Source of the DNA: a virus
Lineage: Duplodnaviria; Caudoviricetes
Virus record (IMG/VR): IMGVR_UViG_3300045540_000070
Location: 1-42,950 of that record
Reading direction: 5' to 3' (one strand)
Length of the DNA stretch: 42,950 nt
The notes under the pieces are model-generated. The model was not told the origin of the DNA and ran no database searches. It saw only the letters and a list, made by a program, of their open reading frames with translations. Position 1 is the stretch's first letter. Each line of letters begins with the position of its first letter. Below, piece after piece: positions 1-8,495 of the stretch. The position numbers were made by a program, and so were the translations under genes.

Positions 1-604
1 GTAGTATATAAGGCTCTATAATTTTATTTACCTCTATCATATTGCAATTTGAATAATCAGGCGTAGGACCGTAGCTTGTGTACTTCATTCCTGGTATTAC
101 GAAGTCTCTTGCCCACTTATAAAAGTTAGTGTACTTGCGAAACGGTGAATAGTCTGAAACTTGAAACTGATGGAATATCTGTGAACCACTCTCAACCGAC
201 ATTGTGCCACTTAACATAATAATCGGTAAATGACCGAAACGTTTCTTGTAAATCTTATAGAAGTTGTTTGGCTTGGGATATGTTGCAAAAAGACCGTGAG
301 CTTCATCAGCTACTACTATATCAAAATCGTTTCTGTCTATCTTGTGAATTGACTCTTTATTTATAATAGTGATAATGAATTTATTGCTATATCCAAAATT
401 ATCATAATCACCTAGAATAGAACTAAACGCTTTAATCTTAGTAATAAACAATACGTTCCATGCATTTACTTTCTTACACGTTTCAAGAGCTGTTAGTGTC
501 TTACCTACTCGTGGCGAAAAGTTTAGGTAGACTATCTTTTTATCTAATAATATCTCAGCTGCTTGAGTTGAAAGTTCTTGTTGGTATGGTCTAAGTACAT
601 TCAT
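1..604 (-). CDS. Superfamily 2 (DEAH) helicase, N-terminal part, truncated by the window edge
   Basis: Translated by hand: MNVLRPYQQELS...FSPRVGKT (Q motif and Walker A), VVADEAHG (motif II), MLSGT (motif III). Its ATG overlaps the stop of 601..936. Confidence 0.85.
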   Translation of the reverse strand, partial: MNVLRPYQQELSTQAAEILLDKKIVYLNFSPRVGKTLTALETCKKVNAWNVLFITKIKAFSSILGDYDNFGYSNKFIITIINKESIHKIDRNDFDIVVADEAHGLFATYPKPNNFYKIYKKRFGHLPIIMLSGTMSVESGSQIFHQFQVSDYSPFRKYTNFYKWARDFVIPGMKYTSYGPTPDYSNCNMIEVNKIIEPYIL

Positions 605-936
605 ATCAACTTATCAAAAAATATTAGTCCTTTTTTTCTTGCGATATCTATGTTCTTAATGAACCTGTCCGTGAACTCAGAGAAAAGGATTGAATCTGGT
701 TCGTTTAAAGACGCTATTTGCTGAATTAATCTGTGCTTGAACCGTATTGAATTTGTTACAAGTTCAGGGTCTTTAGCGTAAATCTCGTTGTATTTATTAG
801 ACACTTCTTTCTCGATTTCTTTAGTTAGCATATTATAGTACATTTTAGCCTTGCCTTTTAATCGGTAATCATCGGCTAATTCATTTCCTAATTGAAACGT
901 TATGAGTAATTCTAATCCGTTTTTATATTTTTCCAT
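601..936 (-). CDS. hypothetical phage protein
   Basis: 111-aa ORF translationally coupled to its neighbours. Confidence 0.6.
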   Translation of the reverse strand: MEKYKNGLELLITFQLGNELADDYRLKGKAKMYYNMLTKEIEKEVSNKYNEIYAKDPELVTNSIRFKHRLIQQIASLNEPDSILFSEFTDRFIKNIDIARKKGLIFFDKLI

Positions 937-1165
937 ATCTTAAATATTTATATACTTTTTCTAATTCTTTAGATGCTAAAAGTTGAGATTTGTAAAGTAC
1001 TGTTCCTCTTTTCTCTAATGTGTTTACTTTTACTCCATTCGTATAGTAAAAGTCCTTTCCTTCTGATGTTATACCGCCCTTTCTAACGCATATTCTTGCA
1101 AACGAATGTTCAGGTACGATATATACCTGAAAGTCATTCTCTATACACCATTTAAAGTTGGTCAT
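923..1165 (-). CDS. hypothetical phage protein
   Basis: 80-aa ORF within the operon. Confidence 0.55.
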   Translation of the reverse strand: MTNFKWCIENDFQVYIVPEHSFARICVRKGGITSEGKDFYYTNGVKVNTLEKRGTVLYKSQLLASKELEKVYKYLRYGKI

Positions 1166-1370
1166 TATTAAATGTTTCGTTGTAGTATTGCTCAGGCGAT
1201 GTGGCTAAACAATTCAATACTACTCTTGCTGTTTGTTCTTGTATTCCTTTATAAAAAGCATTTTCAATCTGTTGCTTTTCCATTTCTTTAGCTTGTTCAA
1301 GTAACCCTTTTTTAGGTAATGAACCGCTAATAAATTGCTCGAATAACCACTCTACTGCTGTTTGTTTCAT
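1152..1370 (-). CDS. small phage protein, MKQTAVEWL family (paralog of 13010..13243)
   Basis: Shares MKQTAVEWL / EQAKEMEK / EQYYNETF blocks with 13010..13243. Confidence 0.7.
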   Translation of the reverse strand: MKQTAVEWLFEQFISGSLPKKGLLEQAKEMEKQQIENAFYKGIQEQTARVVLNCLATSPEQYYNETFNNDQL

Positions 1371-1567
1371 CTTATTTGTTTTTTATAGATTTCTAATAGT
1401 TCTTTTAAAGGCAATTCTGCTTGTGTTATCCACTCTGCAAATCCAATAGCAAATTCATCTGCTATTTTTTCGCATTGTTCCAATCCGTTTTCATTTTCAA
1501 TTCCGTGTGCTATTCCAGAATCTTCATTTATCCATTCAACATCTTCAAACTTTTCTTTTAATGTCAT
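1367..1567 (-). CDS. small hypothetical phage protein
   Basis: 66-aa coupled ORF. Confidence 0.6.
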   Translation of the reverse strand: MTLKEKFEDVEWINEDSGIAHGIENENGLEQCEKIADEFAIGFAEWITQAELPLKELLEIYKKQIR

Positions 1568-1570
1568 AAT

Positions 1571-3973
1571 TTAAAAAGGTATTTCATCGTTATTAATTTC
1601 TTCTTTTTCGCCCTTGAACTTAATCCATCTACCCGTGTTATTACGTCCTTCTGTCGGCATAACGCCTGTAACAAATAGTCCGTAAGATACTAACCACTTG
1701 TAAAAGATAGTCCGTGATATAGTCATCTTAGCCTTTGGTGCAAAGTCTGGATTGTCTTGGATAAAGTCAAGGTATAAATCTTGCTTGTATAGCGTTTCTC
1801 CTAATGCGATTGTTGGTTTATTATCCATTAGTCCAGCCCATTCAATAAACTCGTGGCACGTATCGGCTGATAACTTACGAATCTTAAGATTAACAAACTC
1901 ACTCTTAACTAAACCTGTAGTTAAATATGCTTGTAAACTTTTAATCATATAATTATCAAACTTACACCACTCACCATTATCCCACTCAGTAAATAACAAT
2001 CTACCGAATTCAACCAATGGCGTGAACTCCTTGGTGTAGAACTGCTTGAACTCCAGCTCCCACTTACGTCTCTCGAATGAGTTACCCTTACCCTTGATGG
2101 CGTAGTTAGTCGTGATAATAATCTTAGGAGACTTCGCGAACGGGATATGCATCGCATCTTTGTTCTTTCTCTCTAAGGTTATACCCTCTGTGATCACACT
2201 GAACAGCCTCTCAAAGTTAAAGTGTTTCTTAACGTCGTCAAACGCAAGTACCTGTGTATCAACCGATACTGTCTGGTATGGAAATGAACTATCGAAGTTC
2301 ACGCTCTTACCGTCAATGAATGCCAGCTTCTTCATCTGAGATATTGCATTGGTAAATAACCCCTTTCCTGTTCCTCCCTCTGGATTATCTGTTATTACCT
2401 CGTCATTTAGAATAACGGCAGGACAATAAGATAAATTCTTGTATCCGTGCATAAGGAATCCAATCGTGCTCTCAAGAGAGTCAATGCGAGTCTGCTCATC
2501 GTTTGATACGTTTGCTATAAATGTCTTGAAGTCACAGTCTGTGATCTCACAAATGTTGAAATCTCTATCTATAACCTGATCTGCCCAGATATAACCACCA
2601 AGGTCGATATAGTCAATAATATCAATATTGTCCTTGTCTATGCGGACAGCGCAATTCTTGTAATAAAGGTACGCATTATCCTTGTCGTCCTCCATGAAGT
2701 ATACATCAACAGAAGATAGTAGCGATAGGAAGTCTTCCTTAAAGAACCTAGTCTTATCAGCGAAGTAGTTGTACACTGACAGATCATCTACGGTCTGTAG
2801 GTGGTTTAGTACGAAGTCCTTGATCTCATCCTCTGACGTGTGGTCGATGAGGTTGTTCGTTACCTTTACAAAGATGTAACTCTTACCACCATTCGGCATG
2901 TATTTGAAGAATCCATTGTCCTCCAAAAACTCTCTGAATAGGTAGTGAATGATGCTGATGGCACCCTTGTCTGACTTGATCCAGTACTTCTGAGTTGCCT
3001 CGTCTCTGTCAATGGTATCAATCACATCGTCAATTGCGTTCTCCGATATGTTAAGCTCCATAAGCTCTGACTTGATATCTTTCTTAGATACACCGCGTTT
3101 AATCTTCTGACGAACTTGCGTTAACTTATCATCGTCTTCATAAAACTTTGTACCGAACTTCTGTGTCTGTCTGTAGGCTGAGTCGATGATAGTTCTTATT
3201 TCTTGAATTGGGAAGTCTTGACTGTCGAACTGACCTGCCACATACTCAGCAAGCGACTTACTTACACCATAGTCATTGAATGCTGATGCTAATATGAATA
3301 CGTTATTATTACGCTCACCATCTACAAGCCCATACTTTTTAGTCCACCACTTCATAAGAATATCGATAATCTTGTTCTCGTTAGTGATTGGAATAGTAGG
3401 TTTAGAGGTATCCCTATCCATCTCTATATACTCGTGCTCAGACAGTGTATTCCATAACTCACTAGATGTGTTCACATAAATCTCTGGGTCGTATGACTCA
3501 TAGCATACACGTGATATGTTCTTGGACGTCTTATCGAAATATTTTGAGTTGAAGTGTTTCTCAAGCGAGTTGAAGTAGTTCTTGTGGTTCTCAATGTCTC
3601 TTGGCACTTTAACAATTACTTTTAGTCCGTTCCCTGACGGAGAAACAAATACTGAGTAGGTGTACTTATTCTTTGAAATTAGAGCCTTATCAACCTTCAT
3701 TTCTTTCTCGGTAGCATAACCATCAAAGTCTAGGCAAATGAATCCCGAGTGCTCTAAAATAGCCTTATCCTCACGCTTTGTAAACTTACCTGAGAAACAT
3801 ACCGCTGGTAGTTGTTGCTTAAGTATATTTCTTGTAGACTTATCCTTCTCGTTACGAATACCTTCAACAATGTCTTTAGAGGCACCGTTCTGTATTCTGT
3901 CAAGCATAACCCCAATCGTTTTAAAGAATGGTGTTGATGTTGACTTGATGTTTTTGAAGATAGTTATTTCCAT
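1571..3973 (-). CDS. DNA primase-helicase (BT4734/VirE-N-like primase, PriCT-like domain, C-terminal P-loop helicase)
   Basis: 800 aa; HSGFICLDFD and FVSPSGNGLK primase-like motifs, GERNN, Walker A EGGTGKG, Walker B LAFDD, acidic DEIPF tail. Confidence 0.85.
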   Translation of the reverse strand: MEITIFKNIKSTSTPFFKTIGVMLDRIQNGASKDIVEGIRNEKDKSTRNILKQQLPAVCFSGKFTKREDKAILEHSGFICLDFDGYATEKEMKVDKALISKNKYTYSVFVSPSGNGLKVIVKVPRDIENHKNYFNSLEKHFNSKYFDKTSKNISRVCYESYDPEIYVNTSSELWNTLSEHEYIEMDRDTSKPTIPITNENKIIDILMKWWTKKYGLVDGERNNNVFILASAFNDYGVSKSLAEYVAGQFDSQDFPIQEIRTIIDSAYRQTQKFGTKFYEDDDKLTQVRQKIKRGVSKKDIKSELMELNISENAIDDVIDTIDRDEATQKYWIKSDKGAISIIHYLFREFLEDNGFFKYMPNGGKSYIFVKVTNNLIDHTSEDEIKDFVLNHLQTVDDLSVYNYFADKTRFFKEDFLSLLSSVDVYFMEDDKDNAYLYYKNCAVRIDKDNIDIIDYIDLGGYIWADQVIDRDFNICEITDCDFKTFIANVSNDEQTRIDSLESTIGFLMHGYKNLSYCPAVILNDEVITDNPEGGTGKGLFTNAISQMKKLAFIDGKSVNFDSSFPYQTVSVDTQVLAFDDVKKHFNFERLFSVITEGITLERKNKDAMHIPFAKSPKIIITTNYAIKGKGNSFERRKWELEFKQFYTKEFTPLVEFGRLLFTEWDNGEWCKFDNYMIKSLQAYLTTGLVKSEFVNLKIRKLSADTCHEFIEWAGLMDNKPTIALGETLYKQDLYLDFIQDNPDFAPKAKMTISRTIFYKWLVSYGLFVTGVMPTEGRNNTGRWIKFKGEKEEINNDEIPF

Positions 3974-3977
3974 AATT

Positions 3978-4160
3978 TTAAAACGGACAATCCGATTTTT
4001 TGTTTTTTAATATTAATTCTTTGTATTCTCGTTTAATCTTTTCCTGTATTGCTTCACGAATGAACTTACCTACATCAACGTTATAATACTTCATTTTTTG
4101 AAGCGTTTTTAATTGTGTTTCTGAAATCCTTATAACCTTTGTTTTATTGAGTAGTTTCAT
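3978..4160 (-). CDS. small putative DNA-binding protein (ribbon-helix-helix-like) next to the cassette array
   Basis: 60 aa; TKVIRISETQLKTL...VGKFIREAIQEKI fits a strand-helix-helix pattern (inference). Confidence 0.55.
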   Translation of the reverse strand: MKLLNKTKVIRISETQLKTLQKMKYYNVDVGKFIREAIQEKIKREYKELILKNKKSDCPF

Positions 4161-4244
4161 AATTGTAATACATTTATAGCGTTTATTTAGGAGTTAGTGG
4201 CAAGCGTAGGACAGCACTCCGCCCCACGCTTCGCCAAAAACACT

Positions 4245-4460
4245 TTACCATTCAGCCACAAACATTTGTCTGTAACCGCAATGATTTACAAGGAAATCAA
4301 TTTTACCCCACGAGCCATTACCTAAGTCGTGTTGTGGCCGAAATTGTCCTTTGTTCGATTTTCCATTTAACACGAGAACCTCTTTGTTTTGGGTTACTCT
4401 TACATCGTGTTTTTTGCGAAGCTGGAAAAGCACTTCGTCCTCATTGTGTTTACGTGCCAT
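4245..4460 (-). CDS. cassette 1 hypothetical protein
   Basis: 71-aa ORF between junction 4193 and site 1. Confidence 0.65.
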   Translation of the reverse strand: MARKHNEDEVLFQLRKKHDVRVTQNKEVLVLNGKSNKGQFRPQHDLGNGSWGKIDFLVNHCGYRQMFVAEW

Positions 4461-4485
4461 AATTTAAGCAGTTTAAAACGCCAGC

Positions 4486-4619
4486 CACTAACATTGTATA
4501 ACTGCAAGTGGGGGCTGTGTGCCACATTGCAAGTTATTGCTCCTAATTTAGTTTAGTGTCAATGTGAAGGTTCGGAGCTTTCAATCCCCCACCTGACAGT
4601 TATACAAGTATCGTTACAA
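4486..4619 (+). repeat. attC-like site 1 (134 bp)
   Basis: CACTAAC...GTTACAA; arms ttgtataactg/cagttatacaa and caagtggggg/cccccacctg. Confidence 0.85.
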
Positions 4620-4625
4620 GTAATC

Positions 4626-5369
4626 CTAAGCAACATCGTCGAACATCGTTACTTGATTAATATTTGATTTAGAAATTATTCCTCTTGCAGTATTAAAGAT
4701 TGTTTTTCCTGCTTCATAATCTACCAGGTTACGAGCCATTTTAAGCATCGGTTGTTCTCCTTTGTATTTGGTAAAATCGTATTTATGAAATTCACACAAT
4801 CCTTTTAATTCTTGTTTAGCAGATGAAATAGCAAATCTTCTATCTCCTAAATCGTTAGGTAATTTAAAGTTTGTCCAATACAAATGGCGACCTCTTTTTA
4901 TCGCAGGAACTAATGGCTCATAATAAGGGATTACATTTTCAACAACCCATTTACCTGTTTTATAATAATGCTGTAAAAACAAAATTTCTTGATATAATTT
5001 CATATCGGGATAAATTGCTTCTGTTGTAGTTTCATAATTTGAACTATTCCAATACCTGGCTCTTGAATGACTTGGACAAGGTGGCGAACTCCATATAAAA
5101 TCAAATTCTTTATAATTATCAAGTAAATACTGGTGTGCATCCGCTACAATTACCTTATCATTTGGAAATCTCTCTTGATACAATTTTGCTGCTTCCGGGT
5201 CAAGTTCTACGGCTGTAACTTCACAATCTTCCCATAGCAGTCTATTACCACCTAAACAAGCATATAAATTCAAAACACGAAAAGGACTACTTGTAACACG
5301 TGCTATACTCAATGCCTCATTCTCTGTATTATCGTTTTCTAACATCTTTTTGTTTTTAATAATTAACAT
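4626..5369 (-). CDS. cassette 2 DNA (cytosine-5) methyltransferase
   Basis: Motif I LNLYACLGG, motif IV WSSPPCPSHS, motif VI VVENV; start (5369 or 5345) lies inside site 2. Confidence 0.85.
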   Translation of the reverse strand: MLIIKNKKMLENDNTENEALSIARVTSSPFRVLNLYACLGGNRLLWEDCEVTAVELDPEAAKLYQERFPNDKVIVADAHQYLLDNYKEFDFIWSSPPCPSHSRARYWNSSNYETTTEAIYPDMKLYQEILFLQHYYKTGKWVVENVIPYYEPLVPAIKRGRHLYWTNFKLPNDLGDRRFAISSAKQELKGLCEFHKYDFTKYKGEQPMLKMARNLVDYEAGKTIFNTARGIISKSNINQVTMFDDVA

Positions 5370-5413
5370 TCGTTTTCATAAATCGGCACTAAGTATAGCA
5401 CCATACGTTATGT
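5291..5413 (+). repeat. attC-like site 2 (123 bp)
   Basis: TTGTAAC...GTTATGT; arms gtgctatact/agtatagcac. Confidence 0.85.
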
Positions 5414-5414
5414 A

Positions 5415-5648
5415 TCATTTTTTCTTACGCATTATATCAGCAATAGCATAATTCCATCTTTCCATCAATTCACCATCCGCTTGGTTATGGAAAATTTTAA
5501 TCATTTCCATACTTGTAAATCTTTCAGGTGAACCTTTAAGGTAGAAATGAGAATTACCACTTGGTTTATAATCAGGAAATGATTCCGTTTTATAATGTTG
5601 TATATCTAAATCCACCAACCAATCTAACATCTTTTCTAAATTTTCCAT
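5415..5648 (-). CDS. cassette 3 hypothetical protein
   Basis: ORF fills the cassette; likely start MENLEKM at 5648 (alternative 5669). Confidence 0.6.
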   Translation of the reverse strand: MENLEKMLDWLVDLDIQHYKTESFPDYKPSGNSHFYLKGSPERFTSMEMIKIFHNQADGELMERWNYAIADIMRKKK

Positions 5649-5660
5649 AATAAAAACGAT

Positions 5661-5791
5661 ACATAACAAAGTGTATAAGTAATAACCGAGTTATGTGGTT
5701 TATTTAAGTTACTACTTCTATTTAACATTATCTTTAATTCAAACTTTTGTACTTCTAAATCGGTTACTACTCATACACTCAACCGTTATGT
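5661..5791 (+). repeat. attC-like site 3 (131 bp)
   Basis: ACATAAC...GTTATGT; arms agtgtataagtaataaccga/tcggttactactcatacact. Confidence 0.85.
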
Positions 5792-5977
5792 GATAGTTTC
5801 AGAGACGTTTATTTTATAAAACATATTCGGATGACATCCAAAAATATAAAACCATCCATCTTCTAAATTTACAAGTCCGTCTTCGTGAATATGAACTATT
5901 TTATGTTTTTTACCGTGATATAAAACCACTTCTCCAACTTTATAAGTCAGTTTGTCTATGTAATATCTATCGTTCAT
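5786..5977 (-). CDS. cassette 4 hypothetical protein
   Basis: 63 aa; its TAA stop is the TTA of the GTTA junction. Confidence 0.55.
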   Translation of the reverse strand: MNDRYYIDKLTYKVGEVVLYHGKKHKIVHIHEDGLVNLEDGWFYIFGCHPNMFYKINVSETIT

Positions 5978-6293
5978 TACAAACTAATTTTAAAGCTGAA
6001 ATCCCACCTTGTTTTGAAGTTTCATCTATATGTAAATCGTTTATGATTTTAATAGCTTTTTCTACTTTATTAAAAAAATTAAAATCAATGATTAAAGGAA
6101 TTACAAATAAATCAAAATATTCATCATTATCAGTTACACCTCCGCAGAAAAATTCTCCAGAAGAAACTATAAAGCATTCAGGCTTTCCGTTTGACCGATA
6201 TTCTGTTTTTAGACAAATTGTTTCTCCAAATAAAAATAATCCAATAGGGCAATTCCCTAATCTTACTTTTCGTTTCTTTTTTGTAATTAGCAT
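5967..6293 (-). CDS. cassette 4 hypothetical protein
   Basis: 108-aa ORF. Confidence 0.6.
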   Translation of the reverse strand: MLITKKKRKVRLGNCPIGLFLFGETICLKTEYRSNGKPECFIVSSGEFFCGGVTDNDEYFDLFVIPLIIDFNFFNKVEKAIKIINDLHIDETSKQGGISALKLVCNER

Positions 6294-6313
6294 CTTTTTT
6301 ATTTTTAAATTAA

Positions 6314-6433
6314 TTATTCTTCAATATTAAATATGTAGTCTATAATGATGTAGAAAAAACCAAAAAAAGTCATTATTGGAATTAATATTGGTCTTAATAT
6401 TTTAACTTCTAAAATTCTATTTATTATTTTCAT
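6314..6433 (-). CDS. cassette 4 small hydrophobic peptide (39 aa)
   Basis: Translated by hand: MKIINRILEVKILRPILIPIMTFFGFFYIIIDYIFNIEE. Confidence 0.4.
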   Translation of the reverse strand: MKIINRILEVKILRPILIPIMTFFGFFYIIIDYIFNIEE

Positions 6434-6434
6434 A

Positions 6435-6728
6435 TTACTTCTGTTTATGTAAGTTTAAAAAATTAATAATATCTTGACCTTGAAAATAAACTGTTCCTTT
6501 TGTGCTTTCTTCTCCATTCATTTTTATTTGAATGTAGATTATTTTAGTTTTATCACGCCACGTTTGAATTGTTCTTACGCTTACATTTAAAACTTCCGCT
6601 AATTCTTTAACGGTATAATAAGCATCAGGATTTATTCCTTGTTTTACACTCGGTATTGCTAATTCGGTTTCGTTTAATTGTTGGATTAAACTTTCCATTG
6701 TATCCATTAATTTCTCTGTATTGTCCAT
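6435..6728 (-). CDS. cassette 4 excisionase-like / MerR-type HTH (HTH_17-like) DNA-binding protein
   Basis: YYTVKELAEVLNVSVRTIQTWRDK followed by ...VYFQGQDIINFL. Confidence 0.75.
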   Translation of the reverse strand: MDNTEKLMDTMESLIQQLNETELAIPSVKQGINPDAYYTVKELAEVLNVSVRTIQTWRDKTKIIYIQIKMNGEESTKGTVYFQGQDIINFLNLHKQK

Positions 6729-6825
6729 TTTTTATCTGTATTATTGTTTTTATTGGCTTTAACACCATTTTAATTATCTGTATTTTGTTAAGGGATTTGT
6801 TAGAACTTATGTTAAAGAAACCATC

Positions 6826-6956
6826 ACATAACAAGCGTTTGGCGAGATTGCTGATTTTGTGGTTCATTCACGTTTTCGTTTCGCATCATATTTTATTTTA
6901 AGTTGAAGTTTTATTTTTCCGAAGTCAGCAACCTCGCCAAGTTGCAAACGTTAGCT
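6826..6956 (+). repeat. attC-like site 4 (131 bp)
   Basis: ACATAAC...GTTAGCT; arms ttggcgagattgctga/tcagcaacctcgccaa. Confidence 0.85.
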
Positions 6957-7184
6957 GCAAGCTGGCGGACTTGGCAACTCCATCCAATGTGTTACAGTGG
7001 CTTCTTTGACTGGGTATTCACTTTCAAAATGCGTCCCCTTCCAATATTCAATACCCTCGCCCCATTCTGTATAAGTTAATACTTTGACATACTTACCTCC
7101 ATCTGGTAGTCTGTCTTTTACAGAAATCCAGCCAGCAGCTAACATTGCATTGGCGTTATTGCCGTTTAGTTCTTTGTTTGACAT
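6951..7184 (-). CDS. cassette 5 DUF551-like protein
   Basis: WISVKDRLP...VTHWMELPSPP; starts in site 5 and stops on the junction. Confidence 0.8.
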   Translation of the reverse strand: MSNKELNGNNANAMLAAGWISVKDRLPDGGKYVKVLTYTEWGEGIEYWKGTHFESEYPVKEATVTHWMELPSPPACS

Positions 7185-7263
7185 TTTGTATAAATTTTAA
7201 TCATTAGTAATTCTGTTCAACTTTTGTGCATCGGCAACAAACGCCAATGCTTTACCGTTAGCA
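7137..7263 (+). repeat. attC-like site 5 (127 bp)
   Basis: AGCTAAC...GTTAGCA; arms gcattggcgttattgccg/cggcaacaaacgccaatgc. Confidence 0.85.
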
Positions 7264-7698
7264 GTAACTTTTGAAAAGCGTAACGCAAATCAGAATAATT
7301 AATGCTATAAAATTTATCCAATTAAAAAGCCTTACATTTTGATACCAAGCGGAATCAACTATAAAATTTCTTGCACCATCAAGATACATCAATGGAATAA
7401 AAGTTATAAATCTAAATGGAATCCATAATAAATTAAAAATTATGCACCAAATTGTTATCTGTAATCCTGTAATTGGCAACTTAATTCCTTTGTGTAATTG
7501 CCTAAATGAAAAAGTTGTGAAGTCAAAAAATAAATATACATAATGACCTTTTTTAATATTCTTACCTATTCTAAAAAATCCGTTATGAAAACCAAAATAG
7601 TATTTATCATAATTAGAAAATTTACGAACCTTAAAGAACAAAGCTACTGCTAACAGCATTTTGTGGCAATTGCGGGGTTTAGGTTTATTTTCAAGCAT
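7258..7698 (-). CDS. cassette 6 putative membrane protein
   Basis: 146 aa with hydrophobic segments; starts in site 6 and stops on the junction. Confidence 0.6.
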   Translation of the reverse strand: MLENKPKPRNCHKMLLAVALFFKVRKFSNYDKYYFGFHNGFFRIGKNIKKGHYVYLFFDFTTFSFRQLHKGIKLPITGLQITIWCIIFNLLWIPFRFITFIPLMYLDGARNFIVDSAWYQNVRLFNWINFIALIILICVTLFKSYC

Positions 7699-7782
7699 TG
7701 TTTTTTAATTTAAAGTTTAGTCTATATTTGTATGGTTGGTGTTAAATTTTCCGCAATTGCCACAAAATGCGAAACGTTAGCA
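7648..7782 (+). repeat. attC-like site 6 (135 bp)
   Basis: TGCTAAC...GTTAGCA; perfect 20-bp arms gcattttgtggcaattgcgg/ccgcaattgccacaaaatgc. Confidence 0.9.
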
Positions 7783-7783
7783 G

Positions 7784-8023
7784 TTATTTTCCCAATCGCA
7801 CAAATCCGCCTTTATCTTGTGTTAGATATTCAACAGAATCAACTTCTATAATTGAATATCTGTATCCATTTATAACTCTTTCATCAATCAATTTTATTCT
7901 GTTATTGGACTTCCTGTTAATAGAATTTGATTCTTTTTCGGTGCATCCGACAAATAAAACAACTGCTAACAGCACATAAGCGCAAGCAATTAATTGGGTC
8001 TTGAATTTAAATTTTGTTTTCAT
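7784..8023 (-). CDS. cassette 7 putative lipoprotein
   Basis: Basic N-terminus, hydrophobic core, LFVGC lipobox-like motif. Confidence 0.65.
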   Translation of the reverse strand: MKTKFKFKTQLIACAYVLLAVVLFVGCTEKESNSINRKSNNRIKLIDERVINGYRYSIIEVDSVEYLTQDKGGFVRLGK

Positions 8024-8099
8024 TTTGTTATTATTTATGATTAATTTAATTATTATTTTTTATCGGCAATTGCCTTCGCTTATATGCAAAACGTTAGTG
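7964..8099 (+). repeat. attC-like site 7 (136 bp)
   Basis: TGCTAAC...GTTAGTG; arms gcacataagcgcaagcaatt/aattgccttcgcttatatgc. Confidence 0.85.
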
Positions 8100-8105
8100 G
8101 CAAGG

Positions 8106-8330
8106 CTAAGAACGATTATCCATATCAACAAGTTTATCAAACTTATATTTCATATCAGTCCACCAACTACCATCTCCAAGATGCCACCCACACCATTGCT
8201 CAATAAGTTTTGAATTATCCATTTCATTAATGTCTTCATCATAGGTATTATCATTTTGGTCGTCAGCACCTTGTCTTTGTCTTACTTCGCCTAAAATTCC
8301 AAGTACCTTTAATTTTTCAATATTTGTCAT
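8106..8330 (-). CDS. cassette 8 hypothetical protein
   Basis: 74-aa ORF filling the cassette. Confidence 0.65.
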   Translation of the reverse strand: MTNIEKLKVLGILGEVRQRQGADDQNDNTYDEDINEMDNSKLIEQWCGWHLGDGSWWTDMKYKFDKLVDMDNRS

Positions 8331-8358
8331 TTTTATTTAATTTTGTGAAAAGCCCAGC

Positions 8359-8489
8359 CACTAACAGCGTGTATAAAAAATGTCGGGTTCTCGGTTAATT
8401 TAAAGTTTTGTAATTATAATTAAGTTTTGCGTTTGCTTAACGTTTCGGTTTCAAAATCCGCCACTTCTTATACACGCAAAACGTTATGT
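8359..8489 (+). repeat. attC-like site 8 (131 bp)
   Basis: CACTAAC...GTTATGT; arms gcgtgtataaaaaatgtcgg/ccgccacttcttatacacgc. Confidence 0.85.
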
Positions 8490-8495
8490 GCCATT

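Noticed and set aside
6625-6867. 80-aa ORF starting in site 4
   Set aside because: It overlaps the HTH gene by about 100 nt in another frame and has no recognisable features.
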